DNA of 64,000 nt from Fimbriimonadia bacterium (GCA_041483895.1 JBGPGO010000012.1:64001-128000); one strand, 5' to 3'; shown: positions 10,111 to 20,330, counted from the stretch's first letter. Numbers and translations are program-made. The notes: generated by a model from the sequence alone, not told the origin.

Positions 10111-10314
10111 CTAGGCCGCTGGGCTGGGATGAGCGCCGTCTTTGAGAAGATGCTCGATTCGATCCGCCGATGTGGTGGCAAAATCCAACATTCGATCCAT
10201 GGTGCGCTCAGGATTTGCCCTATGCCTGCGAATGATGAAGAAGGCCGCCGTTCCGACGCCTACCAGGGCCGCTACCAAGAAGACAATATTCGTACCTTTT
10301 GATGATTCCGACAT
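10111..10314 (-). CDS. Small single-pass membrane protein
   Basis: Hydrophobic IVFLVAALVGVGTAAFFII followed by a basic stretch. Starts 10 nt after the response regulator stop. Confidence 0.6.
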   Translation of the reverse strand: MSESSKGTNIVFLVAALVGVGTAAFFIIRRHRANPERTMDRMLDFATTSADRIEHLLKDGAHPSPAA

Positions 10315-10324
10315 TTTTTTCGGA

Positions 10325-10732
10325 CTAGTCCAGGTCGTACCGCTTCGGTCCGCCCGCGGACGTGTCCCCTCCGATTATTCGTTTGACGAATGTAACAAGC
10401 TCCATTGGGTTAAACGGTTTCGTCAGGTACATGTCAGCACCATAGTGGTAGCCTTCGAAAACATCTTTGTCCTGCGCCTTCGCGGTGAGCATGATAACCG
10501 GCAGCTCTTGGAACTCCGGCTCGCGGCGCAAGGTCTTCAAAACCTCGAACCCATCCATGTACGGCATCATCACGTCGAGCACGACAAGGTCGGGCTTTAC
10601 CGATTTAATCTTCTCGAGACCCTCTTTGCCGTCATACGCGGTTATGACCTCCCAGCCTTGACGTTCCAGGTTGACCTGGATGAGGCGCACGATGTGCCTC
10701 TCATCGTCACAGACCAGGATTTTCAGAGCCAT
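10325..10732 (-). CDS. Single-domain response regulator (CheY-like receiver)
   Basis: LVCDD, LDVMMPYMDG, LTAK and KPF motifs. GGAGG RBS. Confidence 0.95.
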   Translation of the reverse strand: MALKILVCDDERHIVRLIQVNLERQGWEVITAYDGKEGLEKIKSVKPDLVVLDVMMPYMDGFEVLKTLRREPEFQELPVIMLTAKAQDKDVFEGYHYGADMYLTKPFNPMELVTFVKRIIGGDTSAGGPKRYDLD

Positions 10733-10889
10733 GAGAGAAGACCTCCGGTGGGGTTTCGAGTTGCCGCCAATGCTACCCGCACGCCATGGGGCGTGTCAAC
10801 GAAGCTGCGTCCAAACCGAACCTGGGTTGTTCTTCCGCCGGTAGGATTATCGGCGGGGCGCCCGCCAGGTTGCAGGTTTACTGAAAACT

Positions 10890-10944
10890 GTGGCCGCGGG
10901 TCAGTGTGCCGATATCCGTTGCCTGCCGACCACCGAAGCCCGCG
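10890..10944 (+). repeat. Family L long-loop hairpin element
   Basis: GTGG-CCGCGGG..33 nt..AAGCCCGCG. The loop shares TGCCGATA with other copies. Confidence 0.65.
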
Positions 10945-10983
10945 TTGCGCTCGCCGATCACCCTGTTCAGCACAGCACCGATA

Positions 10984-11035
10984 CGGTCAGGAGACCTTAA
11001 GCCACCTGCGACTCGGTCAGGAGACCGGTCGCATC
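10984..11035 (-). repeat. Family R REP copy
   Basis: GCGACTCGGTCAGGAGACCGGTCGCATC at 11008-11035 plus a partial copy at 10984. It overlaps the TGA stop of the upstream ORF. Confidence 0.85.
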
Positions 11036-11270
11036 AACACGGCATATCAAGAACCTGCACGTTCTGGAACTCCGGTCCGGCGAGAACCGACCGCAGAACT
11101 TCGATGTCGGGAACCTGGCCAACGAAGAGCATATCCGGCAGTTCGGCGCGAATCTGGTCCACGGCGTCCTTACCGCTTCCGACACAAGTAACCTGCCACC
11201 CCTGCCTCTGGAGATTAATTTCTGCCAACCGGGACCGATGCGGGTCGGCGGAACAGATCAGTACCTTCAC
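11034..11270 (-). CDS. Truncated pseudo-receiver protein resembling the neighbouring response regulator
   Basis: VKVLICSADPHRSRLAEINLQRQGWQV aligns with KILVCDDERHIVRLIQVNLERQGWEV. GTGA overlap with the glycerate kinase stop. Confidence 0.6.
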   Translation of the reverse strand: MKVLICSADPHRSRLAEINLQRQGWQVTCVGSGKDAVDQIRAELPDMLFVGQVPDIEVLRSVLAGPEFQNVQVLDMPC

Positions 11271-12328
11271 CTGGCCGGCTTCACCGCTGCGGCTGCCTTG
11301 GCAACGCCTGCTGAAGTGCTTCTCGACGGCGCAACGACGATGGGGGCGGCAGCAAGGCCTCGTGCAACTGACTCCCACCCGTCTCCCAAACTCCCTACCA
11401 CGGCGTAGCACGGCTTCCCTGCGGCGCGGCACCGACGAATAATCTCCCCAACAATCTTGCCGTCTTTTGTCTGGCCATCGAGCCGCCCCTCACCCGTAAC
11501 AACCAGATCGTGGGTTGAAAGAAGCCGGTCGAAGTCCACCGCCTCCAATACAAACTTGGAACCCAACACCAGCCGAGCCCCCAAGAACCGGGCCAGCCCA
11601 TAGGCCATTCCGCCCGCGGCGCCGGTCATCGGCGCATTCGGCGATTTCGACCGCGCTCCTTCCGCCTCAGCGATCGCGGCCAGCCCCTCTTCCAGCCGCC
11701 TGCGGGTCCGGGCATCCCCCACACCCTTCTGCCTCCCGAAGACGGCAATCGCCCCTTCGGGGCCCAGAAGCGGATTGGTTACATCGCAGGCCACGACAAT
11801 CTGCGCTTGGAGCCGAGGCCCGGGTTCGACGTGGGTAAGTCGGCGGAGGTCCCCGGCGGTCTCCAATTCGTGTCCCCGGCTATCCAAAAACTGAAAACCC
11901 AGCGCCCGAAGGCAACCCATGCCGGCGTCGTTCGTGGCGCTCCCACCCAGGCCGATCAGGATCACCGTAGCGCCAGACTCCTCCGCGGCAGAGATGAGCT
12001 GCCCCACCCCAAAGCTGGTCGCGGTCAGTGGGTCGAGATCGTCGGGGTCAACAAGCGCCAGTCCGCAGGCGCGCGCCGATTCGATGATGGCTATTCCATC
12101 GCGTTCCACGGCGAACTCAGCCCAAACCGCCTTCCCCAGCGGCCCGGTCACTTTTCGGCGAATTCGTTTGGCTTTGGGGGAGGCAAGGCAGTCCAGGAAG
12201 CAGTCTCCGCCGTCGGAGAGCTGCCGGATTGTTGTTCGTCCGCCGATCCCCGCCGCCATCGCCTGAGCGGCCTTTTCGGCCGTCAGGGTTCCTTTGAAGG
12301 CTGTTGGACAGATTAGAACGCGCACCAC
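11267..12328 (-). CDS. Glycerate kinase (GlxK/GarK family)
   Basis: PTAFKGTL, SDGGD, GLGGSATNDAG and TGEGRLDGQT motifs. Confidence 0.93.
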   Translation of the reverse strand: MVRVLICPTAFKGTLTAEKAAQAMAAGIGGRTTIRQLSDGGDCFLDCLASPKAKRIRRKVTGPLGKAVWAEFAVERDGIAIIESARACGLALVDPDDLDPLTATSFGVGQLISAAEESGATVILIGLGGSATNDAGMGCLRALGFQFLDSRGHELETAGDLRRLTHVEPGPRLQAQIVVACDVTNPLLGPEGAIAVFGRQKGVGDARTRRRLEEGLAAIAEAEGARSKSPNAPMTGAAGGMAYGLARFLGARLVLGSKFVLEAVDFDRLLSTHDLVVTGEGRLDGQTKDGKIVGEIIRRCRAAGKPCYAVVGSLGDGWESVARGLAAAPIVVAPSRSTSAGVAKAAAAVKPAR

Positions 12329-12371
12329 GTAAGGGTTTCAACACCGGCCGAGCTCAACCCTTTTTGAAAAG

Positions 12372-12914
12372 CTATTCTTCCTCGAACTCGTTCTCGCCCG
12401 GCTCATCGTCTTCTTCCGCGGCCTGGGAGGCTTCGAGGACCGACTCAGCCATGTAGATCGGAGCGCTGTACCGCGTGGCCATTGCGATCGCGTCGCTGGG
12501 CCGGGAATCGAACTCCAGCACCTCATCGCCTTTGCGGAGGAACATCTTCGCGTAGTACACGTTCCGCCACAGATCGTCAATGACGATGCGCTCGATGGCA
12601 TAGCCCAGGCGGTCGATGATGCTGCGAATGAGGTCGTGGGTGAAGGGCCGATCGGGGTAATCGTTCTCCTTGGCCATCTGGATGGAGAGCCATTCGAACG
12701 CTCCGATCACCATTCGGACGGTGCGGCCGGTGTCGTCGGACAGCATGATGACGCGTTGGGACGGCTGGGTTGGATGCTCGAGGTCGTAAAACCCCTCGAT
12801 ATCCATCCGAATCTCACGATCAGCCTCGCGCTCCTCCCGGTCCGGTCCCATTGGGAAGAATGGCGGAGGCTTGCTCATGTCGTCGCCGAATTGCGGATTC
12901 AACTCTTCAGACAT
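12372..12914 (-). CDS. Bifunctional nuclease family protein (DUF151)
   Basis: RPFTHDL and [11 protein letters not shown] motifs. Confidence 0.92.
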   Translation of the reverse strand: MSEELNPQFGDDMSKPPPFFPMGPDREEREADREIRMDIEGFYDLEHPTQPSQRVIMLSDDTGRTVRMVIGAFEWLSIQMAKENDYPDRPFTHDLIRSIIDRLGYAIERIVIDDLWRNVYYAKMFLRKGDEVLEFDSRPSDAIAMATRYSAPIYMAESVLEASQAAEEDDEPGENEFEEE

Positions 12915-12930
12915 CTTTCCCCGTCGACAG

Positions 12931-14220
12931 CTACTTCATTGTCGCGGTCTTGGCCACCACGTCCGCGAGGAACTCGTCGTTCGTTTTGGTCCGTTGCAGG
13001 AGCTTGATGAGCGACTGCGCGGCTTCGACCGAGTTCTCCTGGTTCGCAAGAAGCTTACGGAGCTGCCATACGCTTCGGAGCTTTTCCCCTTCGAAGAGAA
13101 GCTCTTCATGGCGCGTGGATGACCGCCGGACGTCAATGGCGGGCCAGACGCGCCGTTCGGATAGCTCGCGATCCAAGACCAACTCCATATTACCCGTGCC
13201 CTTGAACTCTTCGAAGATCGCGTCGTCCATTCGGCTCCCTGTGTCGACCAGAACCGTAGCGATGATTGTGAGGCTGCCGCCCTCTTCCAGTTTTCGGGCG
13301 GCTCCGAAGAAGCGGCGCGGCCGATAGAGGGCCGATGGGTCGAGACCGCCGGACAGGGTCCGGCCGCTCGGGCTGATGGTCAGGTTGCTTGCGCGGCTGA
13401 GGCGGGTAAGGCTGTCCAAGAGGATGACCACATCCCTGCCGACTTCGACCAAGCGCTTCGCCTGTTCGAGGCAGAGGTCGGTGACCCGCATGTGGTTATC
13501 CGGCGGCTCGTCAAAGGTCGAGGATATGACCGAGCCTCGCACGGAACGCCGCATGTCGGTAACTTCCTCGGGGCGCTCATCCACGAGCAGCACCAAGAGG
13601 GCGACCTCCGGGTTGTTGATGGCGATGCTGTTTGCCATCGTCTTGAGCAGCATGGTCTTGCCGGCTTTGGGCGGCGAGACAATGAGGCCTCGCTGGCCCT
13701 TGCCAACCGGGGAGATGAGATCGATGATTCGGGCCGACATCCCATCCGGACTGTGCTCCATAATCAAGAGATCCGTCGGATAGAGCGGCGTGAAATCCTC
13801 GAAGTCCTTACGAGTTCGGATGCTTTCGATGTCGAGGCCGTTGATCGATTCGACGCGCAACAGGCCGTAGTACTTCTCGCCTTCCTTAGGCGGACGAACC
13901 TGGCCGAAGACGGAATCGCCCGTTCGAAGCCCGAATCGCTTGATCTGCGACTGCGAGACGTAGACGTCGCTCGGCGAGTTGGCAAAGTTGCTCCTGCGAA
14001 GGAACCCCCAGCCATCCTGGAGGATCTCCAGGATGCCTTCCGCATAGATGGTGCCGAGTTCGCGGTTCACGTGGATCAGGATCTTGTGGATGATGTCTAT
14101 GCGGTCGCGAAGGTCGGCTTCCAGCTCATACGAGCGGGCCAGCTCGATTAGCTCTTCCGTCGGCTTGTCGCAAAAAGTGCGAAAGTCAGTAGCTGGGGCG
14201 TTCTCTAGGTCGGAGTGCAT
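12931..14220 (-). CDS. rho: Transcription termination factor Rho (start possibly at ATT 14295)
   Basis: [32 protein letters not shown] and [11 protein letters not shown] motifs. Confidence 0.97.
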   Translation of the reverse strand: MHSDLENAPATDFRTFCDKPTEELIELARSYELEADLRDRIDIIHKILIHVNRELGTIYAEGILEILQDGWGFLRRSNFANSPSDVYVSQSQIKRFGLRTGDSVFGQVRPPKEGEKYYGLLRVESINGLDIESIRTRKDFEDFTPLYPTDLLIMEHSPDGMSARIIDLISPVGKGQRGLIVSPPKAGKTMLLKTMANSIAINNPEVALLVLLVDERPEEVTDMRRSVRGSVISSTFDEPPDNHMRVTDLCLEQAKRLVEVGRDVVILLDSLTRLSRASNLTISPSGRTLSGGLDPSALYRPRRFFGAARKLEEGGSLTIIATVLVDTGSRMDDAIFEEFKGTGNMELVLDRELSERRVWPAIDVRRSSTRHEELLFEGEKLRSVWQLRKLLANQENSVEAAQSLIKLLQRTKTNDEFLADVVAKTATMK

Positions 14221-14470
14221 GTGCTGGTTCGGATCTACCGGACGCGGTCTGCGCGGGCCTAGGTTCCCCGGTCGTTTACGATTAATGTTGGGAATGGAAT
14301 TTCACTCCTTCTTATGCTTAGCGATGGGACCGTTTCTCCGCCGGAAATGGACTCACCCTACGGTGATGGCAAAATCTAGAAAAGGACCGGCGAGAACTGG
14401 AAAAGAGAATCGCGAAGAAGGCTTCTAACTCTAACTATAGCATGATTTCCAGATTCTGTCTAGGTCTTTT

Positions 14471-15004
14471 TCACCAAGCGGGCTGTTTTAATTCTGCAAT
14501 AAACGGTAAGTTTCGATACTTTTCATCCCAATCAAGACCATAGCCAACGACGAAACGGTCGTCGATTTCAAACCCCCGGTAGTCTATTGGGACCTCTTTC
14601 TGCCGCCGAGCCGGCTTATCCAGCAGGCAACATACCTTCAGATGTGCCGGGTGTCGGACGTTGAGGGTTTCGAGTAGATAGGCCAAAGTCAGGCCTGTAT
14701 CAACGATGTCCTCAACAATGATTACGTGTTTTCCTTCGATTTGGGTGTCAATGTCCTTGAGAATTCTCACGATTCCGGTCGTTTTGGTCTCGGAGCCGTA
14801 GCTGCTGACGGCTAAGAAGTCGTAGGTTACCTCGCCGGGAAGGGCCCGCAGGAGGTCCGCCAGGAAGGGCGCGGCGCCTTTCAGCACGGCGATCAACATC
14901 AGCGGCTCGGTCGGAAAGTCGCGCCGAATCTCAGCCCCCAATGCCGAAATCCGCTGCGAAATCTGCTCAGCGGTAAAGAGCGGCACAATCTGGGTATCGA
15001 GCAT
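14471..15004 (-). CDS. hpt: Hypoxanthine phosphoribosyltransferase
   Basis: VLKGA, IVEDIVDTGLTL and FVVGYGLD motifs. Confidence 0.96.
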   Translation of the reverse strand: MLDTQIVPLFTAEQISQRISALGAEIRRDFPTEPLMLIAVLKGAAPFLADLLRALPGEVTYDFLAVSSYGSETKTTGIVRILKDIDTQIEGKHVIIVEDIVDTGLTLAYLLETLNVRHPAHLKVCCLLDKPARRQKEVPIDYRGFEIDDRFVVGYGLDWDEKYRNLPFIAELKQPAW

Positions 15005-16533
15005 TATTCCCATTCGATGGTGGCAGGCGGCTTCGAGGTTAGGTCGTAGAGTACCCGATTGACCCCTTGCACTTCGTTGACGATCCGGGTGGCGATTCGC
15101 TCCAGGGTTTCCCACGGAACGCGGACGGCGACGGCGGTCATGGCGTCCTCGCTGGCGACGGCCCGCAGGACGATCGGGTTCTCGTAGGTTCTCGCATCGC
15201 CCATAACGCCGACGCTTCGCACATCCAACAGAGCGGCATAGGACTGCCAAATCGTATCCCAAACGCCACTCGCCCGAAGCTCATGGATGGCGATGGCATC
15301 CGCCTGCTGCAGACGCTCGACCCGTTCGGGGGTCACTTCGCCAAGGATGCGGACAGCGAGGCCGGGACCGGGGAAGGGCTGCCGCTCCACGAGGTGCTCG
15401 GGCAGGCCCAGTTCGCGGCCGACGGCGCGGGCTTCGTCTTTAAAGAGCAGCCGCAGCGGCTCCAGGACGTTGATCCGCATCCAATCGGGCAGGCCGCCGA
15501 CGTTGTGGTGCGATTTGATCTTTGCCGCGACGGGGTTTCCACTCTCGATGACATCGGGATAGAGAGTGCCCTGAATCAGCCACTCGCACTCGCCGACCTC
15601 GCCCGCCAGCTTTTCGAAGACCCGGATGAACTCGGCCCCGATGATCTTGCGCTTTTCTTCCGGATCGATGACGCTTTTTAGGGCCGCGAAGAACTGGTCA
15701 GCCGCGTCCACTGCGATGAAGCGGGAGTCGTAATGGTCGGCAAAAACCTTCTCCACTTCCTCGGCTTCGCCTAATCGCATGAGGCCGTGATCGACGAAGA
15801 TGCAGGTCAGGTTCTTGTGCAGGGCTTTCCCGGCGAGGGCGGCCGCCACGCATGAGTCCACGCCGCCGCTCACCGCGCAGACCGCATGTCCGGTCCCGAC
15901 CTTCGTCCGAATCTCTTCGACGGCGGTGGCGATGAAGTTGGCGGCGGTCCAGTCCGGCCGGCAAGAGCAAATGTCGTAGACAAAGCGTTTGAACACCTCT
16001 TTGCCGCGTTCGGTGTGGGTGACCTCCGGATGGCATTGGATGCCGTAGAGCTTCCGTTCGTCGCTCTCCATGGCCGCCACGGGGCAGGTGTCGGTGGTTG
16101 CTGTTGTTTGGAAACCGGAGGGTGGGGCCGCCACCTGGTCGCCGTGTGACATCCAGACGCGGGACTCGCCCTTTTCCAACAGCCGCGAGCCGATGGCGCG
16201 CAGGGTGGCGTTGCCGTACTCGCGGTTCGTGGTATGGACCTCGCCGCCCAACTCCGCCGCCATGAGCTGATGGCCGTAGCAGATGCCGAGGACGGGAATG
16301 CCCAGATCGAACACCTTTGGGTCCAGCTTCGGGGCGTTTGGGGCGTACACGCTTTCCGGTCCGCCGCTCAGGATGATTCCTTTGGGCTCTTTCGCGCGGA
16401 TTTCGTCTGGCGTGGCGTTATACGGCAGGATCTCGGAGAAGACGTTGCACTCGCGGACCCGCCGGGCGATGAGTTGTGTGTACTGACCGCCAAAGTCCAA
16501 AACGATGATGCCTTGCGGCAGCAACTGCGGCAT
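15004..16533 (-). CDS. guaA: GMP synthase (glutamine-hydrolysing)
   Basis: LDFGGQY, GICYG, SGGVDS, IKSHHNV and KPPATIEWE motifs. Confidence 0.98.
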   Translation of the reverse strand: MPQLLPQGIIVLDFGGQYTQLIARRVRECNVFSEILPYNATPDEIRAKEPKGIILSGGPESVYAPNAPKLDPKVFDLGIPVLGICYGHQLMAAELGGEVHTTNREYGNATLRAIGSRLLEKGESRVWMSHGDQVAAPPSGFQTTATTDTCPVAAMESDERKLYGIQCHPEVTHTERGKEVFKRFVYDICSCRPDWTAANFIATAVEEIRTKVGTGHAVCAVSGGVDSCVAAALAGKALHKNLTCIFVDHGLMRLGEAEEVEKVFADHYDSRFIAVDAADQFFAALKSVIDPEEKRKIIGAEFIRVFEKLAGEVGECEWLIQGTLYPDVIESGNPVAAKIKSHHNVGGLPDWMRINVLEPLRLLFKDEARAVGRELGLPEHLVERQPFPGPGLAVRILGEVTPERVERLQQADAIAIHELRASGVWDTIWQSYAALLDVRSVGVMGDARTYENPIVLRAVASEDAMTAVAVRVPWETLERIATRIVNEVQGVNRVLYDLTSKPPATIEWE

Positions 16534-16606
16534 GGGAGATCGGATTGTACCCTGGCAACACCGCCATGCTAGTTAGCAAGCAATGGAAATGGCCACTCGC
16601 ACCGGG

Positions 16607-17254
16607 CTACGGCGACGTTGCCGTAGAACCATCCCTTTGTTCAATCCCCGCCAACTTCGAGGTGGGCAACTTCGAATACAGCTGTTCCACCTCCTTTGGC
16701 TGTGTGATTTGGTTCTCGACGATGAGGTTGACCAGTTCGAACAGCACTGTCGCCGTTGCGACATCGTCCTTCATGTCAAGTTCACCTGGATGAACAGACT
16801 CGTTGCCGATGACGCGGACGATGTCGAGCGACTGTTGAATTCTGGTTGGAAGGCCGTTGCCCACCAGCTTGCCGATATCAGCGTTTAGGTCTTTCCCAGT
16901 CTGCCCCAACGCCTTGCATAGCTTCTGAATCCCAAGCCGCAAAAGTGCAGCCGCGCCGCGAGGGCTCTTGCCGACGATATCCCTGGCTTCCATGTAATCG
17001 CACGTCACGTCTTCCGGCATGTCCAGATTGGGCATCGGGGCCGTACTATCGCCGGGATGGAGCATCGTGCCATTCCACCACACTGATAGCTCATGGCACT
17101 GCGTGCAGTAGGCCGCGTTCAGCCGATCTTCGAAATTGGCCGCGCTTCCAACAACCAGTCGAACCTTGGCCCATAGTTGCTTCGCGTAGGCGTGGCAGAA
17201 CGGACAGTTGAACGCCGTAATATTGATCGCCGGAGCGGTATACGGTATCTTCAT
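16607..17254 (-). CDS. DUF4145 (HEPN-like) domain protein with N-terminal Zn-ribbon
   Basis: CPFC...CTQC, SPRGAAALLRL and RVIGNESVH motifs. Confidence 0.85.
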   Translation of the reverse strand: MKIPYTAPAINITAFNCPFCHAYAKQLWAKVRLVVGSAANFEDRLNAAYCTQCHELSVWWNGTMLHPGDSTAPMPNLDMPEDVTCDYMEARDIVGKSPRGAAALLRLGIQKLCKALGQTGKDLNADIGKLVGNGLPTRIQQSLDIVRVIGNESVHPGELDMKDDVATATVLFELVNLIVENQITQPKEVEQLYSKLPTSKLAGIEQRDGSTATSP

Positions 17255-17380
17255 GTTGCTGCAACAGAGTCTACCCATACCCTGGTCAACCGATGCTGCC
17301 TCCGATGGGGGCGACCCTCCGGTGGCATCTTTGCCAGTTTGGAAGCAATGCATTGTCACCCACTGTAATCGCGCGTCGGT

Positions 17381-18106
17381 TCACTCGAAAGCCGTGCCAG
17401 TCGCATGTGCCTCCCGCGACATCAGTGCTTTTTCAAACTCCCTTGGCTCTGACCGTGGGATATTCTGCTCCAGTTTCTGAAGCGGTTCGTACTGAGGGTC
17501 CTTAATTGTGTTCAAGTAGGCGCGACGAGCAGTGGCAGCTTCGATAAACGTGAAATGCTCGTTTCCCGAAGACACTTTCATCGCCTCGACGCAATCAAAC
17601 ATTGTGCAGCCCTTAGCAAATAAATGATAGAAGGTGGCAAATCCGATATTTGTTTCGCTCCACGTTGGTTCCTCGTTGTTGCCTACTACACCCCTAAATG
17701 GGTACTCGTCGTCATCCATAGCCATCTTGCAGCCTGCGGCTCCTTTGCACGTAGACATGCAAAGGATGAACCCCCCTTGATCTTTCAGGATCTGGTTAAC
17801 TGGCTGAAGAAACTTACGGAGTGTCTCCCACGTAACGACCTCGCCGCTCGTCAATTGGATGCCTTCGTCATCTCCGTGAGCACTGATGTGGATGATAGGT
17901 GGATTCTTGACTGCCCCAAAATGCTCAACGAGACCGACGTGAAAAGCTGCCGTAAATGCCGAGTAGCTAACGGCCAGACAATGCGACGCAGGTATCTGCG
18001 AGAGTTCCAGAGTGGCTCGCAAGGCCTCACCCTCGAACCTCTTATGATACAAGTCGACGGGACTCGGCGATTCAATGATGTAAACGTGAAACTTCCGTGT
18101 TGTCAC
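17381..18106 (-). CDS. Hypothetical protein with caspase/CHAT-like His-Gly...Cys motifs
   Basis: IIHISAHGD and ILCMSTCKG. GTG start follows an AGGAGG RBS. Confidence 0.6.
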   Translation of the reverse strand: MTTRKFHVYIIESPSPVDLYHKRFEGEALRATLELSQIPASHCLAVSYSAFTAAFHVGLVEHFGAVKNPPIIHISAHGDDEGIQLTSGEVVTWETLRKFLQPVNQILKDQGGFILCMSTCKGAAGCKMAMDDDEYPFRGVVGNNEEPTWSETNIGFATFYHLFAKGCTMFDCVEAMKVSSGNEHFTFIEAATARRAYLNTIKDPQYEPLQKLEQNIPRSEPREFEKALMSREAHATGTAFE

Positions 18107-18172
18107 GGAGCGCCTCCTAATGACGCTGCAACCACCGATGAGTATACCAGCCGCACCGAGACTAGCTGGCCA

Positions 18173-18340
18173 GTAGCCGCAGGTTCTCATGGCAATCACG
18201 TCGGAGCGCCGACCTCAAAACCTGCGAGTGATACCACCGAAAGTGCCAATACCGACGGACATCGGCAATCGGGAGGTGGTCACGCGCAGGTTTTGTTGGG
18301 TGGCGGATGAGACGGTATCGGCACGAGAACCTGCGGCTAC
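18173..18340. repeat. Inverted doublet of family L elements: 18173-18237(+) and 18276-18340(-)
   Basis: Both read GTAGCCGCAGGTTCTC...CAAAACCTGCG...ACCAC. The second supplies the TAG stop of MTAP. Confidence 0.85.
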
Positions 18341-19050
18341 GAAAGACGAAGTCGCTCGAAGATTTGAAAAATCTGCGACATTGAGGCTTGCATCGCCTCC
18401 GTCACTTCGCCGTGGGTGAGTTCGCCCTGCGAGAGGCCGGCGGCGAGGTTGGTGACCGCGCAGACGACGGCATACTTGATGCCCGCCTCGTGCATCACGA
18501 CGGCCTCCGATCCGGCCGTCATCCCGATCACATCCCCGCCCAAGGTCCGCATCGCCCGAATCTCGGCGGGGGACTCGAATCGCGGGCCGTTCGCGTTCAC
18601 ATATACCGCGCCATCGTGCAGCGTCAGCGGCGGAGCGGCGGCCAACAATGCTGCGCGAAGCTCCGGATCGAAGGGATGAGTGAAGTCGGTATGCACCACC
18701 TCGTCGGGGTACATCGTCAGGTTGCGGGCGGAGAGATCGAGGATGTCGATGGGAAGTGCGAGAGTTCCGGCGGGCCAGTCCTCCCGCAGGCTGCCGACCG
18801 CGGCGGTCCCCACACACTGCGGGCAGCCCAGCAACCGGAGCGCCTCGGCAAAGGCCCGGTATTCGACCTTGTGCGGCGGGGTATGGTGACCTGCGCAGTG
18901 GCGCGAGACGAGCAGAACGTCCGCACCTCCCAGCTTCGTCGCGAGCATCTTCGCGACCCCAAACCGGGTCGGCACCGACATCCTCTTGCCGGATGTCACC
19001 GCACCTGAAGCCCCGGTGCCCGCGATGATCGCCAATCGCCATTTGCCCAT
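18337..19050 (-). CDS. MTAP-family purine nucleoside phosphorylase
   Basis: IIAGTG, RH...HHTPPH, TAAVGSL, GPRFESPAE and GMT motifs. Confidence 0.9.
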   Translation of the reverse strand: MGKWRLAIIAGTGASGAVTSGKRMSVPTRFGVAKMLATKLGGADVLLVSRHCAGHHTPPHKVEYRAFAEALRLLGCPQCVGTAAVGSLREDWPAGTLALPIDILDLSARNLTMYPDEVVHTDFTHPFDPELRAALLAAAPPLTLHDGAVYVNANGPRFESPAEIRAMRTLGGDVIGMTAGSEAVVMHEAGIKYAVVCAVTNLAAGLSQGELTHGEVTEAMQASMSQIFQIFERLRLS

Positions 19051-19152
19051 GTCGGCGGGATATTACCATTCGATCCTCGGGCTTCGGGTAGTAGGTTAAG
19101 ATAGGCGGTCGGCAGCCGGGCCAGCGGTTACAGGGGTGGTAGGCGGGCGTTA

Positions 19153-19207
19153 CGCGGGCCTTGGCGGTCGGAAATCGAGAGGAATCGGAAAGACGGCCCG
19201 CGTCTAC
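19153..19207 (-). repeat. Family L long-loop hairpin element
   Basis: Minus strand GTAGACGCGGGCC-33 nt-AGGCCCGCG, with the same stem as 856-910. Confidence 0.75.
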
Positions 19208-19274
19208 CGTGCGGTCATTTTTGGAAGTCTTCAGGACGGCCCGGGACTACTGCAGGGTATAAACCGGGCGCGAT

Positions 19275-19673
19275 ATGGAGCCAACCTTGTGCATGGAGCT
19301 GATGCGGGTGCACGTCCCGACGCTAACACCGTCTTCCACTTTGCGAGACGCGGTGGACAAGATGGACCTGTACCAGGTGTCGGGTCTGCCGGTGGTGGAC
19401 GAGGAGGGACTGGTGGTCGGGATGGTGACTCGGACGCCGGTGATCGACGCGCTGCTGCAGGACATCTCTTGCGCTGCCGGCCCGGTGTCCGCGCTGATGG
19501 CGACCCCAATCACTGTGGGCGAAACGGATCAGGCGGCGGATGCGCTGCGGATGATGGTGGAAAAAGACATACAGATGGTGGCCGTTGTGAGCGGCGGGCA
19601 GATGGCGGGCACGCTGACACGGGTGGATATATTGCAGGCGATGCTAGCGGCGGATAAAGACCAGCTTGCTTGA
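19275..19673 (+). CDS. CBS domain-containing protein
   Basis: Two CBS-like repeats (SGLPVVDEEGLVVGMVT and GTLTRVDIL). Confidence 0.85.
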   Translation: MEPTLCMELMRVHVPTLTPSSTLRDAVDKMDLYQVSGLPVVDEEGLVVGMVTRTPVIDALLQDISCAAGPVSALMATPITVGETDQAADALRMMVEKDIQMVAVVSGGQMAGTLTRVDILQAMLAADKDQLA

Positions 19674-20321
19674 CCACTTGGGGTTAATAAGGCGGTCTTG
19701 GTTGACGCCGCCGCGTGACCTGGCGGAATGGATGAAGTTGCCGTTCCCGACATAGATGCCGGCATGGGTTATGCGCGTCATGGTCTTGTCCGCGAAATAC
19801 AGTCGGTCGCCCGGCTGGAGGTCTTTCGGCTCAACGGCCTGACCTACCAACGCCTGGGCGGCGGCGGTTCTCGGCAGGTTAATGCCCTTCAACTTATACA
19901 GTTGCTTTACAAACCCGGAACAATCAATACCCCGATTCATGTCGTTCCCGCCCCAAACATATGGGGTTCCGATGTGCTGCTCCGCGATTTCGATCATCCG
20001 ACCGGAAGCTCCGCGAGACGCAAGATCCGGCTGATCTGTCGATAGAATGGCATCGTTCTCGGTAATCTCGAGGAAGTCCAGCTTGATCCAGCCTGTGGCG
20101 CCGTTCTCCATCAGCACGCCGGCCCACGGCTCCTCGACGGTCTTGACAACCAACTTTAGCCCTGGGGTCACGAAGAAATATTTCTTGCTCGAAGAGCTCT
20201 TTCCGGCAAAAACACTGGCGCCCTTGGTCACCTCCGCCACGCGGCCCAATATCTTCTGCTGCGAGTATCCCGCAGCCACCAGAGCCAAGATTGATAACTT
20301 TACAAACAGAAACCTTAACAT
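19644..20321 (-). CDS. NlpC/P60 (C40) peptidase with N-terminal SH3-like region
   Basis: GTPYVWGG, DCSGF, LPRT and HAGIYVG motifs, plus a signal peptide. Confidence 0.92.
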   Translation of the reverse strand: MLRFLFVKLSILALVAAGYSQQKILGRVAEVTKGASVFAGKSSSSKKYFFVTPGLKLVVKTVEEPWAGVLMENGATGWIKLDFLEITENDAILSTDQPDLASRGASGRMIEIAEQHIGTPYVWGGNDMNRGIDCSGFVKQLYKLKGINLPRTAAAQALVGQAVEPKDLQPGDRLYFADKTMTRITHAGIYVGNGNFIHSARSRGGVNQDRLINPKWSSKLVFIRR

Positions 20322-20330
20322 ATCGCCTCG

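Noticed and set aside
19130..19210. SRP RNA or other ncRNA
   Set aside because: It lacks the SRP helix-8 motif; the stem is a family L repeat.
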